This document shows, in pieces, positions 1 to 9,947 of a DNA stretch of 64,000 bases. The stretch is from Pseudomonadota bacterium (GTDB lineage Bacteria; Pseudomonadota; Gammaproteobacteria; JAKAQQ01), in assembly GCA_027320085.1 (NCBI GenBank), contig DAHVLZ010000010.1:53361-117360 (forward strand). The letters are read 5' to 3'. Both the position numbers and the translations under genes were made by a program. Below the pieces are notes generated by a model, which was given only the letters and a program-made list of their open reading frames with translations, had not been told where the DNA came from and did not search any database. The first letter of the stretch is position 1, and each line of letters begins with the position of its first letter.

Positions 1-1259
1 AGCCGGAGCCGTCCCGGGCGCAGCGGAGCCGCCCCGGTGGGATCGCAGGATCCCAGACGGGACAGCAGGTCGCGCCCGTTTCCCCAGCACAGGTAGAACG
101 CCGGAGCCGCCGGACCGCCCGGGGATGGCCGGTCCGGACATTCGTGCCAGTCGCTGCCAAAACAGAGGCTCCGACCCCACCGGCCCTCGGATGGAACCGT
201 CCTCTCCTCAAGGAGCGGTGGGAGCGCGGCCCTGAAGGTGGCCGCATCCATCCGGCCCACGGCTCTGGAAAAGAGCCGCCCGTAGACCTCGATCCGGCGG
301 AACGACCCGTATTCGGCACCGAGTTCGCGCACAGTCTCCCCGACGAGCCCGGCCAGATCGAAGGGCTGAGACACCCCAGGTTCCCCCGGGGCCCGCCAGG
401 GCGCCGCGGGCACCCGATCCGGCTGGATGCGACCGTACTCCTCACGCCAGCGACCGGCGATCTCGACCCACGAGGAAGCGGTCTTGGGCGGACGGGTGTG
501 CAGGGTCAGGTACTGTTTTTCGCCCAGGGTCGCGAAATCCCGGGAGGACCCGGTGTGGGCGAGCGCCTGCTCGACCGCGTGGCTCCGTTTGGACCAGAGC
601 GCAAGCAGGCGTCCGGGAATCTCCCCGATCTCGAAGGCGTGGGGGGTCGGCCGGATCGTATAGCCGAGCCCGGCAACGCGTGCCGCCAGATCGAGCCGGT
701 AGTAGCCACCGAGGAGTTTCGCGGCATTGAAGAGAAAAATGCGGTCGAGCGCGCGGAAGGGCCCCTCCGGGGTTGCCGTGAAATTGAGGATGACGCTGTG
801 GGTATGGAGCTGCGGATCGGCCAGGCGCGACAGTCCATGCCGGAAGGTTGCGATCAGAAGTCCCGCCCCCGCCACGGCCACCGTGTTCCGGCCGATGTGC
901 TTCTGGAAATAACAGTGTTCCGCCTCAATCCAGGACAAAGCCTCGCGGACGGACTGGTCGTGCGCATCGACCAGGCGGCGATCCCCCCAGACCAAGGCGG
1001 CAATCGAGACCGACTTCGGTGCACTGAAGGTGGCATCCACGCCGCGCACGGTGGTCCCGGCGGGCCCCCGGGTTCCGCCGGGCAGGCGGCCTTCCAGCAC
1101 CTCCCTGAAAACCGTGGGATCGACCGGCGGGACCAGTCTCCAGGCACGCGCCCATTGCCCGTCCCAGCCACTCGAGAGACGGGACTCGACCGTGAGATCG
1201 TCAATCGCAAAGTAATGCTGCACATGGGCCGCATCGCGGATGATGCGGAAGCTCAGCAC
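1..1259 (-). CDS. MOB-F (TrwC/TraI-like) relaxase, runs off window start
   Basis: Not in the ORF track because it has no stop in the window. Manual translation from GTG 1259 (GGAGG RBS upstream) gives MLSFRIIRDAAHVQHYF..., motif II DATFSAPKSVS and motif III HGLSRLADPQLHTH. Confidence 0.9.
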   Translation of the reverse strand, partial: MLSFRIIRDAAHVQHYFAIDDLTVESRLSSGWDGQWARAWRLVPPVDPTVFREVLEGRLPGGTRGPAGTTVRGVDATFSAPKSVSIAALVWGDRRLVDAHDQSVREALSWIEAEHCYFQKHIGRNTVAVAGAGLLIATFRHGLSRLADPQLHTHSVILNFTATPEGPFRALDRIFLFNAAKLLGGYYRLDLAARVAGLGYTIRPTPHAFEIGEIPGRLLALWSKRSHAVEQALAHTGSSRDFATLGEKQYLTLHTRPPKTASSWVEIAGRWREEYGRIQPDRVPAAPWRAPGEPGVSQPFDLAGLVGETVRELGAEYGSFRRIEVYGRLFSRAVGRMDAATFRAALPPLLEERTVPSEGRWGRSLCFGSDWHECPDRPSPGGPAAPAFYLCWGNGRDLLSRLGSCDPTGAAPLRPGRLR

Positions 1260-1278
1260 ACGAGCCTCCGTCCCGACT

Positions 1279-2727
1279 TCACCAAGGCACTCCGACGTCC
1301 ACAACCGGAAACTCCACCGCTTGCAGCCGGGGTCGTGGCTGGAAGGCCTGGGTGACCTCCGGTCGCTCGCGGGGCTTGAGCCGGATGGGCCGGATGGGAT
1401 GGTCCCCGGCCAGGGCCAGATATCCCCTGCAGTCGCGGAGTGCCTGGATTTCACCGGGCAGGATCAGGCGCTCGAACTGCCGCCGGTCGGTATGCGACGC
1501 GCCGCCCCGTCCGTGGGACCACTCGCGCACCACGATCTCACGTTCGCCGAGTTCACGGCTCAGGGTCTCGGCGGTACCGGCCTCCTGCGTGCGGAGGACC
1601 AGAAGCGATCCGAAGCAGGATCGGAGAATACGCGCACCCGTGCGACCGTAAGCCTCGTCCAGCTGGCTCACCGACTGGACACCCGCAAGACAGGAAAGCC
1701 CGTATTTGCGTCCCCGGGTCAGCGCATCGGTGAGGACCGGGATCGTACCCAGGGCCCCGAGTTCGTCCAGAACGATCCAGAAGCGCCGCCCCCGCTCCGG
1801 CCGCTGGGAGAGGATCCCGCCCACGGCCAGGTCGATCCAGGCCGCAAGGAGCGGTCTCATCAGGGCCAGCTGGTCGTCCCGGTAGGGCAAAAACAGCCAT
1901 CCCCCATCGGTCCCGGTTGCCCAGCGTCGCACCGAAAAACTGCCGGCATCCGCCATGGGGTTGAGAAAACGGTAGGGCGCGAGGTAGGTCCCGACGATGG
2001 CCCGGACCGAGCCCAGCATGCGTTCGGCCCCCTCTTCGAAGAGGGCGTGGGCCGGATGGCCGGTGACCTGGGCGGCCAGATCCGCGTTGGAAGAGCGCGT
2101 GAGCGTCTCGACCAGCGTGCCGGTCGCAGTCTGGCCCGTCTCCCACAAGCGTCCCATCACGGCCGCGACGAGCGATTGCGCGTAGTGGTGCCATTCGGCC
2201 TCAGCCGCGCCGCGGGTCGGGACAAGGCTCCGGGCAAGACGTTCGACATCCCAGGCTGCGGTCATCTCCGCAAGCGGCGCCCAATCGACCGAGCGTTCAT
2301 CCACGGGATTGAGGATCCGGTCTCCCTTCCGGTGGAAGCGGGACAGGAAATCGCCTCCGCAATCGGCCACGAGGACACGGTCACCCCGCCGCCGCAGGAT
2401 CTCGAGGCAATCGGCCAAGGCCACACTCTTGCCGGAGCCGGGGCTGCCTGCGCAGAGGAGGTGGTAGGGCTCGAGCCGGTGCGGGATCCGGATGCCACCC
2501 ACGCGCAGCCGGCTCATCCGGGCTGTGGCTTGGGTGAGGCGGTGCCCCAAGACCCGGAGCCAGGCGACCCGGCCGCGCCCTGCGATCTGCCGGCCACGCG
2601 AATGGCGACGTCCCGGGCGTGAGCGGCCGAATGGGAAAAAACCGCCTCCCGGCAGGCTGCGCCGGATCAGGATCAGGCCCAAGAAAAAACCGCCCAGTGC
2701 GGCTGTGCCGATTCCGATTTCCCCCAT
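1279..2727 (-). CDS. Type IV coupling protein (TrwB/TraD family)
   Basis: N-terminal TM segment, Walker A GSPGSGKS, Walker B IVLDEL, GRKYG...GVQSVSQL; adjacent to the relaxase. Confidence 0.9.
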   Translation of the reverse strand: MGEIGIGTAALGGFFLGLILIRRSLPGGGFFPFGRSRPGRRHSRGRQIAGRGRVAWLRVLGHRLTQATARMSRLRVGGIRIPHRLEPYHLLCAGSPGSGKSVALADCLEILRRRGDRVLVADCGGDFLSRFHRKGDRILNPVDERSVDWAPLAEMTAAWDVERLARSLVPTRGAAEAEWHHYAQSLVAAVMGRLWETGQTATGTLVETLTRSSNADLAAQVTGHPAHALFEEGAERMLGSVRAIVGTYLAPYRFLNPMADAGSFSVRRWATGTDGGWLFLPYRDDQLALMRPLLAAWIDLAVGGILSQRPERGRRFWIVLDELGALGTIPVLTDALTRGRKYGLSCLAGVQSVSQLDEAYGRTGARILRSCFGSLLVLRTQEAGTAETLSRELGEREIVVREWSHGRGGASHTDRRQFERLILPGEIQALRDCRGYLALAGDHPIRPIRLKPRERPEVTQAFQPRPRLQAVEFPVVDVGVPW

Positions 2728-2823
2728 CCTTTCGCTCCCACGGACCGCACCCTGCAGGGTAGGGCCTCAACCACAACGCCCGGGGGGACTCCCCGGGTAC
2801 CGGACGCCCGGCCGACTACGGCT

Positions 2824-3204
2824 TCAAGGCGAGATGGATGCGGCCATTTCGCCCAGGATCGGACCGATGACCGCGGCAAACTCAATCTTGTTGACGAAAC
2901 CATCGACCCCGATTTCCTGTGCCCGCTCGCGGTACTCGGGATCGTCGTACAGCGTGATCAGAACCACCTTCGGGGAATCCGCCTTCTGCTTGAGTGCCTC
3001 AGCCGCACCCAGCCCGCCGATACCCGGCATGGCCACATCGAGTAGCACGACATCAGGCCGCAGGGATTCGCACAGGCTCAAGGCCTCCTCACCGGATCGG
3101 GCCAGTCCCACGACCTGGACCCCCGGCTGGGCGGCAAGAAGGCTCGCCACCGATTCGACGAAGAGCGGGTGGTCATCCGCAACCAGGACTTTAAGTCGAC
3201 TCAT
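2824..3204 (-). CDS. Single-domain response regulator (REC)
   Basis: VLVADDH, LLDVAMP, FVNK receiver motifs; no output domain. Confidence 0.9.
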   Translation of the reverse strand: MSRLKVLVADDHPLFVESVASLLAAQPGVQVVGLARSGEEALSLCESLRPDVVLLDVAMPGIGGLGAAEALKQKADSPKVVLITLYDDPEYRERAQEIGVDGFVNKIEFAAVIGPILGEMAASISP

Positions 3205-3269
3205 CCAAGCCTGCTCCTTCTTCCAGCCTGTTGATCGTATACGATTTTCACGGATTAGTCAGCCTCGCG

Positions 3270-4673
3270 TCAGGCTTGAGTCTGGCCATCGGCCACGACT
3301 TGAGCGCTAACTCCAGAGATTTCCTTTGGATTTTCGATCTGGGAAGATTTTTCAGACCCCACGGGTCCTCCCGAATCCTCACCGGAGGCCTGGGTGAGCG
3401 CAAAGACCATGGCAATGGTCGTCCCCCGTCCGGGGGCACTCACCAGGTCGAAATGCCCTCCCGCGAGCTGAACCCGCTCCTCCATGCCCAAAAGCCCGAG
3501 ACTCGAGCCTCCCTGGACCTTGCGGCGCATTGTCTCCACATCAAAGCCGCGACCATCGTCCCGGATCGTGACGCGGAGTTCGTCTCCCTCGACCCGGAAT
3601 GCGAGTTCGACCTTGATGGCCCCGGCATGACGGGCGATGTTGTTGAGCGCTTCCTGGACCACGCGGTAACAGGTAATTTCGACAAGCGGGGGGAAACGCG
3701 GATCGGCGGGGGGCAGATCGAGTGTCAGCTTGATGCCCGACAACGTGGCCATCCGGCTGCCCAGACCGCGGATGGCGGCCACGAGGCCCAGATCATCGAG
3801 CAGTGAGGGATGCAGGTTGAGCGACAGGCTGCGGACCTGGGTGAGCACCCGGTCCAGATTGGCCACGAGTTCCTCGTAGAGCTTTTCACGCCGGCTCAGC
3901 TGGAACAGATCGGACATGGCATGGAGTCCGAGCTTGGTCGCCGTGAGTGTCTGGCCCACCTCGTCGTGGAGCTCGCGGGCCAGGTGACGGCGCTCGTTTT
4001 CCTGGGTCTCCAGGAGTTTGCGCGACAGAAGCCTGAGGCGTTCGGCGTATTCGATCACGGCTTTCTGCACGGTCCGGAGCGCCGTCACATCCCGGGCGAT
4101 GCCCACGCTGTAATCACGTCCTTCCCATTGGATGAGGTAACGGTAACCCTGGACCCAGCGCCACCCGCCATCGGCCATGGCCACACGAAACTCGCTCAAG
4201 GGGTAACGGTGCCAGTCCCCGATCCGCTCGAGGTCGACCGGGTGGATGAGGGATCCCGGATGGCGGTTGCGCAGGGCCTCGGGTTCGAAGCCAAGCAGCG
4301 TCTGGTGCGAAGGACTCAGGTACTCCATCTGGCCATCGAGACTCGCCATGCTGATCAGGTCCACGGAGTTCTCGGCGATCAGCCGGAACTTGAGAGCCTG
4401 CTCCTGCTGGACGCGGCGGATCCGTTCCCGCCGCCGAAGGTCGCCCTGGAAGCGCTTTTCCTCCTGTACGACGATCAGGGTCGAGAGCAGGATGAAAAGG
4501 GCCATGAAGCCGGCCAGGGTTTCGACCGCCGGATCGTAGGCGTGGGGGCCGAACAGGGTATGGACGATGATCCCGGCCAGAACCAGCCAGACGAGCCCAA
4601 GACCCAGATAGCCCAGGGCAATCCGCCAGACCGCCTTTGACCCGATACGGGGTTCGCGGGGATTGGTCTTCAT
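3270..4673 (-). CDS. PAS-domain sensor histidine kinase (HisKA_3, NarX/UhpB type)
   Basis: Two TM helices, PAS, ERRHLARELHDEVGQ, EALNNIARHA, DDGRGF, GLLGM. Start taken at MKTNP (4673), overlapping the tadA stop. Confidence 0.88.
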   Translation of the reverse strand: MKTNPREPRIGSKAVWRIALGYLGLGLVWLVLAGIIVHTLFGPHAYDPAVETLAGFMALFILLSTLIVVQEEKRFQGDLRRRERIRRVQQEQALKFRLIAENSVDLISMASLDGQMEYLSPSHQTLLGFEPEALRNRHPGSLIHPVDLERIGDWHRYPLSEFRVAMADGGWRWVQGYRYLIQWEGRDYSVGIARDVTALRTVQKAVIEYAERLRLLSRKLLETQENERRHLARELHDEVGQTLTATKLGLHAMSDLFQLSRREKLYEELVANLDRVLTQVRSLSLNLHPSLLDDLGLVAAIRGLGSRMATLSGIKLTLDLPPADPRFPPLVEITCYRVVQEALNNIARHAGAIKVELAFRVEGDELRVTIRDDGRGFDVETMRRKVQGGSSLGLLGMEERVQLAGGHFDLVSAPGRGTTIAMVFALTQASGEDSGGPVGSEKSSQIENPKEISGVSAQVVADGQTQA

Positions 4674-5203
4674 CGACCCGTCCCTCCTTCCGTCTCCAGC
4701 ATACTCCCACCGCCCCGCCGGATGGAAAAGAATTCCTGGAGAAGCCGGCGGGAGGGTTCGGCGCGGATCCCGCCCGTGACCGTGAGATGATGGTTGAAGA
4801 CCCAGCCGAGCTGCCCGGAGGAAAGCCGTTCGACGGCGCCGAAGCGGGGATCGGATGCGCCGTAGACGAGACGCCCGATGCGGGCCAGCATGAGCGCACC
4901 CAGACACATGACGCAGGGCTCGAGGGTGACGTAGAGCGTGGTTCCACCAAGCCGGTAGTTGCCGATCCGGCGCGCCGCCTCCCGGAGCACGCCGATCTCG
5001 GCATGCGCGGTGGGATCCGCCTGGCTGATCGGGGCGTTGCCGGCCGCAGCAAGGCACTCCCCTTCGCGGACGAGGACGGCGCCGACCGGTACCTCGCCCG
5101 CCTGGCGCGCGCGTTCTGCCCACTCGAGGGCCCTATCCATCCACGCCTCATCCTGGATCGGATCCACCGCCTTGACCTGTTCAATGGTCAACGCGGTCTC
5201 CAC
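4670..5203 (-). CDS. tadA: tRNA adenosine(34) deaminase
   Basis: GEVPVGAV, HAE and TLEPCVMC motifs. Confidence 0.93.
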   Translation of the reverse strand: METALTIEQVKAVDPIQDEAWMDRALEWAERARQAGEVPVGAVLVREGECLAAAGNAPISQADPTAHAEIGVLREAARRIGNYRLGGTTLYVTLEPCVMCLGALMLARIGRLVYGASDPRFGAVERLSSGQLGWVFNHHLTVTGGIRAEPSRRLLQEFFSIRRGGGSMLETEGGTGR

Positions 5204-5614
5204 GGACTGACGAGAGGACTCGTCTTGAGACTGTACCGGAAACCATCAAAGACCTCATGCCCCGTGATGCGATGCACGCGGGAAACCCCTGACCAGACCG
5301 GTCCATCCGACCAGGATCAAGACCGTAGCGAAACAGTGTTCTCACGATGCTGACCGGAATCATACGCCCAACGCTCTGGTCGAGTGAGCCCCCCCTTTGG
5401 TTGAGGACAGCCTGAGGTGCGTGGCGAGTGGGCACCGGGTGATGATCATCACAGGTTGGGCCCGGGGTGTTGGAAGCATTCGGCGGAAACCGCAGGGACA
5501 GCGACGCGCCGCTGGGCATTGGCTGTCCGAAAGCGGGCGAGCGCACCACTCGGCATCACACGCCCCGCGCAAGACTCCGGAGGCGCGCAATGACGGACCG
5601 GCTGACGGAGACAT

Positions 5615-5788
5615 GTAAGCATCCTCCCGTAGCGGCAACGAAAGGGAGACAGGGATGGCTTTTTCCCAGCCGAGCCAACTCTCGTCATATCGAAAGCGAA
5701 TCGTGCCGCCCGGCTCCTTAAGCAGCTGGCCAACCAGGCGATTGTTGAGAGAGACATGCAGGGGCACATGCTTCCGACGGCGCGGCAT
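5615..5788 (-). pseudogene. HipA N-terminal fragment
   Basis: LHVSLNNRLVGQL...FRYDESWL...PVSLSLPLREDAY resembles the HipA N-terminal domain; the kinase domain is absent. Confidence 0.75.
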
Positions 5789-6092
5789 CAGAAAAAATCC
5801 TCGAGGGTGGCCGCTTGGTCCTTGGGTCGGGGGGTCAAGCGCAGAACCCCCACCACTCAACACGACCCGCCGTGCGCTTGGTTTCGGGTGGGCAACCGTT
5901 TACCGGCATTGATCAGGGCTTCCCGGATCAAGAAATCGGGGGCTGCCGCTCCCCTGACTATCGCCAGCATCTGCACGATGAGCAGCACGAAGTAAATGAA
6001 ACGATCGTTCAGGATCATATGCTCGCAAGCTTGAGCAAAACCACATCAAATGGAATAATGGGTGGCGACCCGTAAACTGGGGAATTTGATTC

Positions 6093-6470
6093 ATGGGCGA
6101 AGCACTTGTTCAGACGCTTTCCATGCTTGAGACCGAACTCCAGAAACCCCGGATCCGCAGTGAGAATGATCCTGCAGCCGCGCTTCTCCACCCTGATTTC
6201 GAAGAGGTCGGGCGATCCGGGCGACGCTACACCCGCGAGGCTGTCGTTTCCGCCCTGTCGGGCAAACGCCACTCCGATGCGGTAATCGCAGACTCGTATG
6301 CCGCAACTGAGTTAGGCCCGGGCGTTGCACTCCTGACCTACCATTCGGCACACAAGGGGAAAAACGGGGCTCTCACGCGGCACACGCTGCGTTCCTCGAT
6401 CTGGATCCTGATCGGTGACAACTGGCAACTGCGCTATCACCAGGGGACAGCTGCTGCTGAACACGGGTAA
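6093..6470 (+). CDS. NTF2-like / DUF4440 protein
   Basis: LLHPDFEEVGRSG, RSSIW, WQLRYHQGT pattern. Confidence 0.8.
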   Translation: MGEALVQTLSMLETELQKPRIRSENDPAAALLHPDFEEVGRSGRRYTREAVVSALSGKRHSDAVIADSYAATELGPGVALLTYHSAHKGKNGALTRHTLRSSIWILIGDNWQLRYHQGTAAAEHG

Positions 6471-6533
6471 TGGATCAGCGTGTGCTACGCTGGCCTCGTC
6501 TCCATGCTGCCTGCCCAGGTGACGCTTTCAATC

Positions 6534-7010
6534 ATGAACACAAACGCTTTCGCGCCCACCACCCGCGCACACACCTCGGAAACCTTTCAGTTCCACGTTC
6601 CCGCGCCAATGGCCGTCGCCTTTCCACTGTTCGGTGCTCACTGCGAACGGCAGTGGGCACCGGACTGGGAACCCGAGTTCATCTGGCCGTCACAGCCAAC
6701 TGACCGCAGTGGCATGGTGTTCACTGTCGCGCACGGTGCGCGACAGGCGATCTGGGTGAACACCGACTTCGATCCCGTTGCCGGCCATGTTCGGTACATC
6801 TCTGTGCTGCCAGAGGTCATGACGACAGTCATCACGCTGCAACTGCGCGAACATGAGGCGGGGACCCACGTAGAGGTACGCTATGAGCGCACGTCTTTGA
6901 ACGCGGCCGCCGACGAACGAGTCCGGGAGTTGGCGCGGGAAGACGCACAGGCCGGCCCGGAATGGGCCAGCCAGATCGCAAAGCACCTGGCCGATCGACC
7001 CGTCCGCTGA
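6534..7010 (+). CDS. SRPBCC/START-like protein (start uncertain)
   Basis: FPLFG..ERQWAPDW...THVEVRYERT with a C-terminal helix. Confidence 0.6.
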   Translation: MNTNAFAPTTRAHTSETFQFHVPAPMAVAFPLFGAHCERQWAPDWEPEFIWPSQPTDRSGMVFTVAHGARQAIWVNTDFDPVAGHVRYISVLPEVMTTVITLQLREHEAGTHVEVRYERTSLNAAADERVRELAREDAQAGPEWASQIAKHLADRPVR

Positions 7011-7500
7011 GCCCCACGCCTCGAGCGGGCGGCCACGGGGCCTCTGGTGTCAGCCGAACAGTTCGCTGTGCGAGCCTATCCGGGCCCGCCGCTGGGTGTT
7101 GGAATCGGATTTTCGGTAGATCACGAGCAGGCCGGTCGTTACATGATGACTAGCCCGCCCAGTCGCCCGAAAGGTCACAATCGCGGTAGCGCGTATTGAG
7201 GCACTGATATAAAGATACGCACTCTGGGGTGGCCGGCCCAGTCCATTGCCTCAGGAAACGGCGCATAACGGGCTCATCTGTCTCCAGTGCCTGTGGGCCC
7301 CGCCATGGCCAAACGTCGGATCATCCCCGATTGTCAACGATGAATATATCTATTTGAAATAGAGATGGTTTTTCAGATCCCGACGCAGCGATACCATGCT
7401 CAATACCATGAGCCCAGGACCACTTGGACTGCTCGTCAGAGATGGATGACTCTCGCTCGCCACGGGAGTTTGCATTCGCCCTGCAATGGAGATACACTGA

Positions 7501-7526
7501 AACTTGTACTATTAAATGTACAAGTT
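7501..7526. promoter_or_regulatory. Probable YefM operator
   Basis: Perfect 9-bp inverted repeat AACTTGTAC-N8-GTACAAGTT with a TGTAC core upstream of yefM. Confidence 0.7.
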
Positions 7527-7579
7527 CAGCCGTTCACTGACTGCTGACTACCAGGCGAATTGAATGAACGGAGTAAAAA

Positions 7580-7879
7580 ATGAGAATCGTCAACTTTTCT
7601 GAAGCTCGCAACAGCTTACGGGCTGTTATCGACCAAGTGGTTGAGGATGCTGACGTAACAGTCATCTCGCGCAGAGACGCACCTGACGCCGTGGTCATGT
7701 CCCTCAATCATTACAACAGCCTGATGGAAACCGTGCATTTGTTGAGTTCACCTGCAAATGCGGCGCATCTTGCCAAATCCATTTCGCAGGCTCGTGCAGG
7801 TCAAGCGAAGCATCGGGAATTAGTCAACATTTCCGGCGCCGAGGACCCGCAAAATGCGCAACCTGAAGTTCACGGATGA
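7580..7879 (+). CDS. yefM: Phd/YefM antitoxin
   Basis: MRIVNFSEARNSL...ETVHLLSSPANA. Confidence 0.9.
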   Translation: MRIVNFSEARNSLRAVIDQVVEDADVTVISRRDAPDAVVMSLNHYNSLMETVHLLSSPANAAHLAKSISQARAGQAKHRELVNISGAEDPQNAQPEVHG

Positions 7880-8111
7880 GGCTTGGGAAACCTACCTCTT
7901 CTGGCAAACACAGGATAGAAAGACGCTTAAACGCATCAATGATCTGATCCAAGCCGCCCTAAGAGATCCTTTCGGCGGCATGGGGAAACCCGAAGCACTC
8001 AAACACAGCCTGAGCGGATGCTGGTCACGGCGAATAGATGAAACCAACCGGCTCGTCTACGAAGTCCAAAATGATGAGTTGGTCATCATTTCGTGCCGGT
8101 ATCGCTATTGA
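7854..8111 (+). CDS. yoeB: Txe/YoeB toxin
   Basis: GKPEALKHSLSGCWSRRID...HRL-like NRLVY, C-terminal CRYRY; overlaps yefM. Confidence 0.9.
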   Translation: MRNLKFTDEAWETYLFWQTQDRKTLKRINDLIQAALRDPFGGMGKPEALKHSLSGCWSRRIDETNRLVYEVQNDELVIISCRYRY

Positions 8112-8188
8112 AATTAGAAGGGTAGAAGGGGAACTGGCCGCTCCCCCTTTTCCCCCGCACGGAATGCTTCAAGCAACTTTAAATTCTC

Positions 8189-8210
8189 ACTCCCACTCGA
8201 TCATCAACGG
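8189..8210 (-). repeat. att-like copy of the guaA 3' end
   Basis: ACTCCCACTCGATC (8189-8202) is identical to 11220-11233, the last codons of guaA (IEWE); a degenerate copy lies at 10776-10797. Confidence 0.8.
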
Positions 8211-8986
8211 CGACGATATGCCACTGAATCGCAAGGAAAATCTCTAGCCCCTGGCGGGTTTACCCTGAACCTCCCCACGGCTAACGCCCATTGATCCGGC
8301 CAGGGCTCGAGATCGTCATCGAGAAATACACTGTTGCCTTGGTCACGCGGCACTTTTTGCAGCGGCAAGGCGATGAGGTTTCCGAACCCGCCTTGCGGCA
8401 GGAAGTCCTGGTTCGGGAAGAGGCGGTCGTAGGAATCCAGTCCGACGTCCGGCCTGCGTTCCATGGTCTCTGTCAGCAGAGAGGAACCGAGCCGTCTGGC
8501 CATTGCCGCTGGTCTCGCCCCCTCGAAAAACAGCCAGACATGTCCGCCCCGCCCGGAGCGCGACCGCTCGAACGCAGCCGGCAGGTGCATGCGGCAGCAG
8601 GTTTCGAGAAAGGCTTTCGCGTCTTCGCTCCACTCGACCTTGTCAAAGTCGACCGCCCGAAAGGCGCAGGTTTCGTCCTGGAACAGCGGGTAGCCCCCGG
8701 CGACGAAGGGTTCGCCATCAGGGTCGCAACCGGACAGGTGCCAACGGATGACGTCGTCGGTCAGCGGAAGAAATCGGCGGTGGGGACAGTCCGCGCATTT
8801 GACACGCGGCTTTTCGCAGACCCCGCGTACCCATTCGTTGGCACAAACGGGGGCGTAGCCCGACTTGCCGGTCCTCCTGCTTTCAAATCGCCTCGCGTAC
8901 ACGTCGGCGCGGACGCGGAACAACGGACGAAAGAGCGCGATCTTGGCCGCCGGCAATGAAGTTCGGTCGACCATGCTGGACTTCAT
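8204..8986 (-). pseudogene. Truncated AEP-primase-like N-terminal domain of a TOTE/SF2 helicase family protein
   Basis: KIALFR.LFR.R.DVYARR, GYAPVC.NEW, DFD, RSRSG.GGHVW, GNLIALPLQ; ends at the att repeat with no helicase domain. Confidence 0.7.
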
Positions 8987-8992
8987 TGTTCA

Positions 8993-9947
8993 CTAACTTC
9001 CCGGCACCGGCGGTTCGCCAGCGCCAGACGCCGGGGTGGCAAACCTCGCGGCCAGCGCATCGGTCTGCTCCGCGAACCTCTTCGCATCGGTCTTCTGCAA
9101 CTGCGCCAGATTGTGCAACTTCCAGCGGATGCCCGGCAGTTGTTCAAGGTGCGCGATGTCCAGCAGCGACCAGTCCGGCGTGCCGGCTGCCAGCGACAGC
9201 AGGAAACGCCGCTCCTTGTCGTCCAGTCCCAGTTCGATTTCGCGCACCACTCGCTCTCGCGCTGCGAGCAGTGCATCGAGCGGCACCGGCTCGGCCGTCA
9301 TGCCCTGGAAATTGTTCTCGTAGTCGTGCCGAATATCCCGCAGGGGCGGGAACAGCAACTCGTGGATTGGCCGGTTGCTGCAGGCCAAATAGACCACGAA
9401 AGCGCGGCGGATTCCGGGCGTGATGCCCTCGTTCGCAAAGAGCTGCATCACGTCGAACAAGTCGCGTGGGTGTTGCCGATCCAGCGCCGCCACCAGCTTG
9501 CCGCCGTACGCGTCTTCCAGTGACACGACCGGGATTTCCATATCGGCCATCAACACATCGCGGGCGGCGGGCGTAAGCGAAGCGCGCCGCACCGGTTGCA
9601 CCGTTCCGCGCATGACGAAGTTGACTCCGGTCTTGATCTGGATCGAGCCACGGCGCACCAGCAACTTCGTCTCCCCCTTCTGCCGCCGCCGGAACATGCG
9701 TCTGGAATCCTCGCTTCCGCAACCGGACAGCGGCTTGCCGGATGGCATCGCCGATGATTGCGAGAGCCTCGTTACGCGGCCGCCGGTGGTCGGAAAAGAC
9801 CAGATCGAGATCGACCGACAGGCGCGGCATGTCGCGCACGAACAGATTGATCGCCGTACCACCCTTCAATGCGAAGGTGCCGTCCACGAACACCAGCGGC
9901 GCCACCTGCGTCAGCAGACGCGCGGTATCAAGATAAGTCTGGTTCAT
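8993..9947 (-). pseudogene. abiEii: AbiEii nucleotidyltransferase toxin, frameshifted
   Basis: LKGGTAINLF..RLSVDLD in one frame; GKLVAALDRQHPRDLFD in another; the shift falls in a G5 run at ~9673-9677. Confidence 0.85.

Noticed and set aside
144-2622. Long plus-strand ORFs 144-1355 and 1240-2622
   Set aside because: Antisense shadows of the minus-strand relaxase and coupling protein. The same applies to other long shadow ORFs such as 12762-14318 and 31961-34432 in this high-GC DNA.
2728-2823. Possible oriT upstream of the coupling protein
   Set aside because: Palindromes exist (ACCCTGCAGGGT; CCCGGGG...CCCCGGG) but no recognisable MOB-F nic sequence; may be a terminator.
8116-8186. Possible group II intron 3' end on the minus strand
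   Set aside because: No convincing domain V with an AGC triad; better explained as a hairpin next to the guaA att copy.
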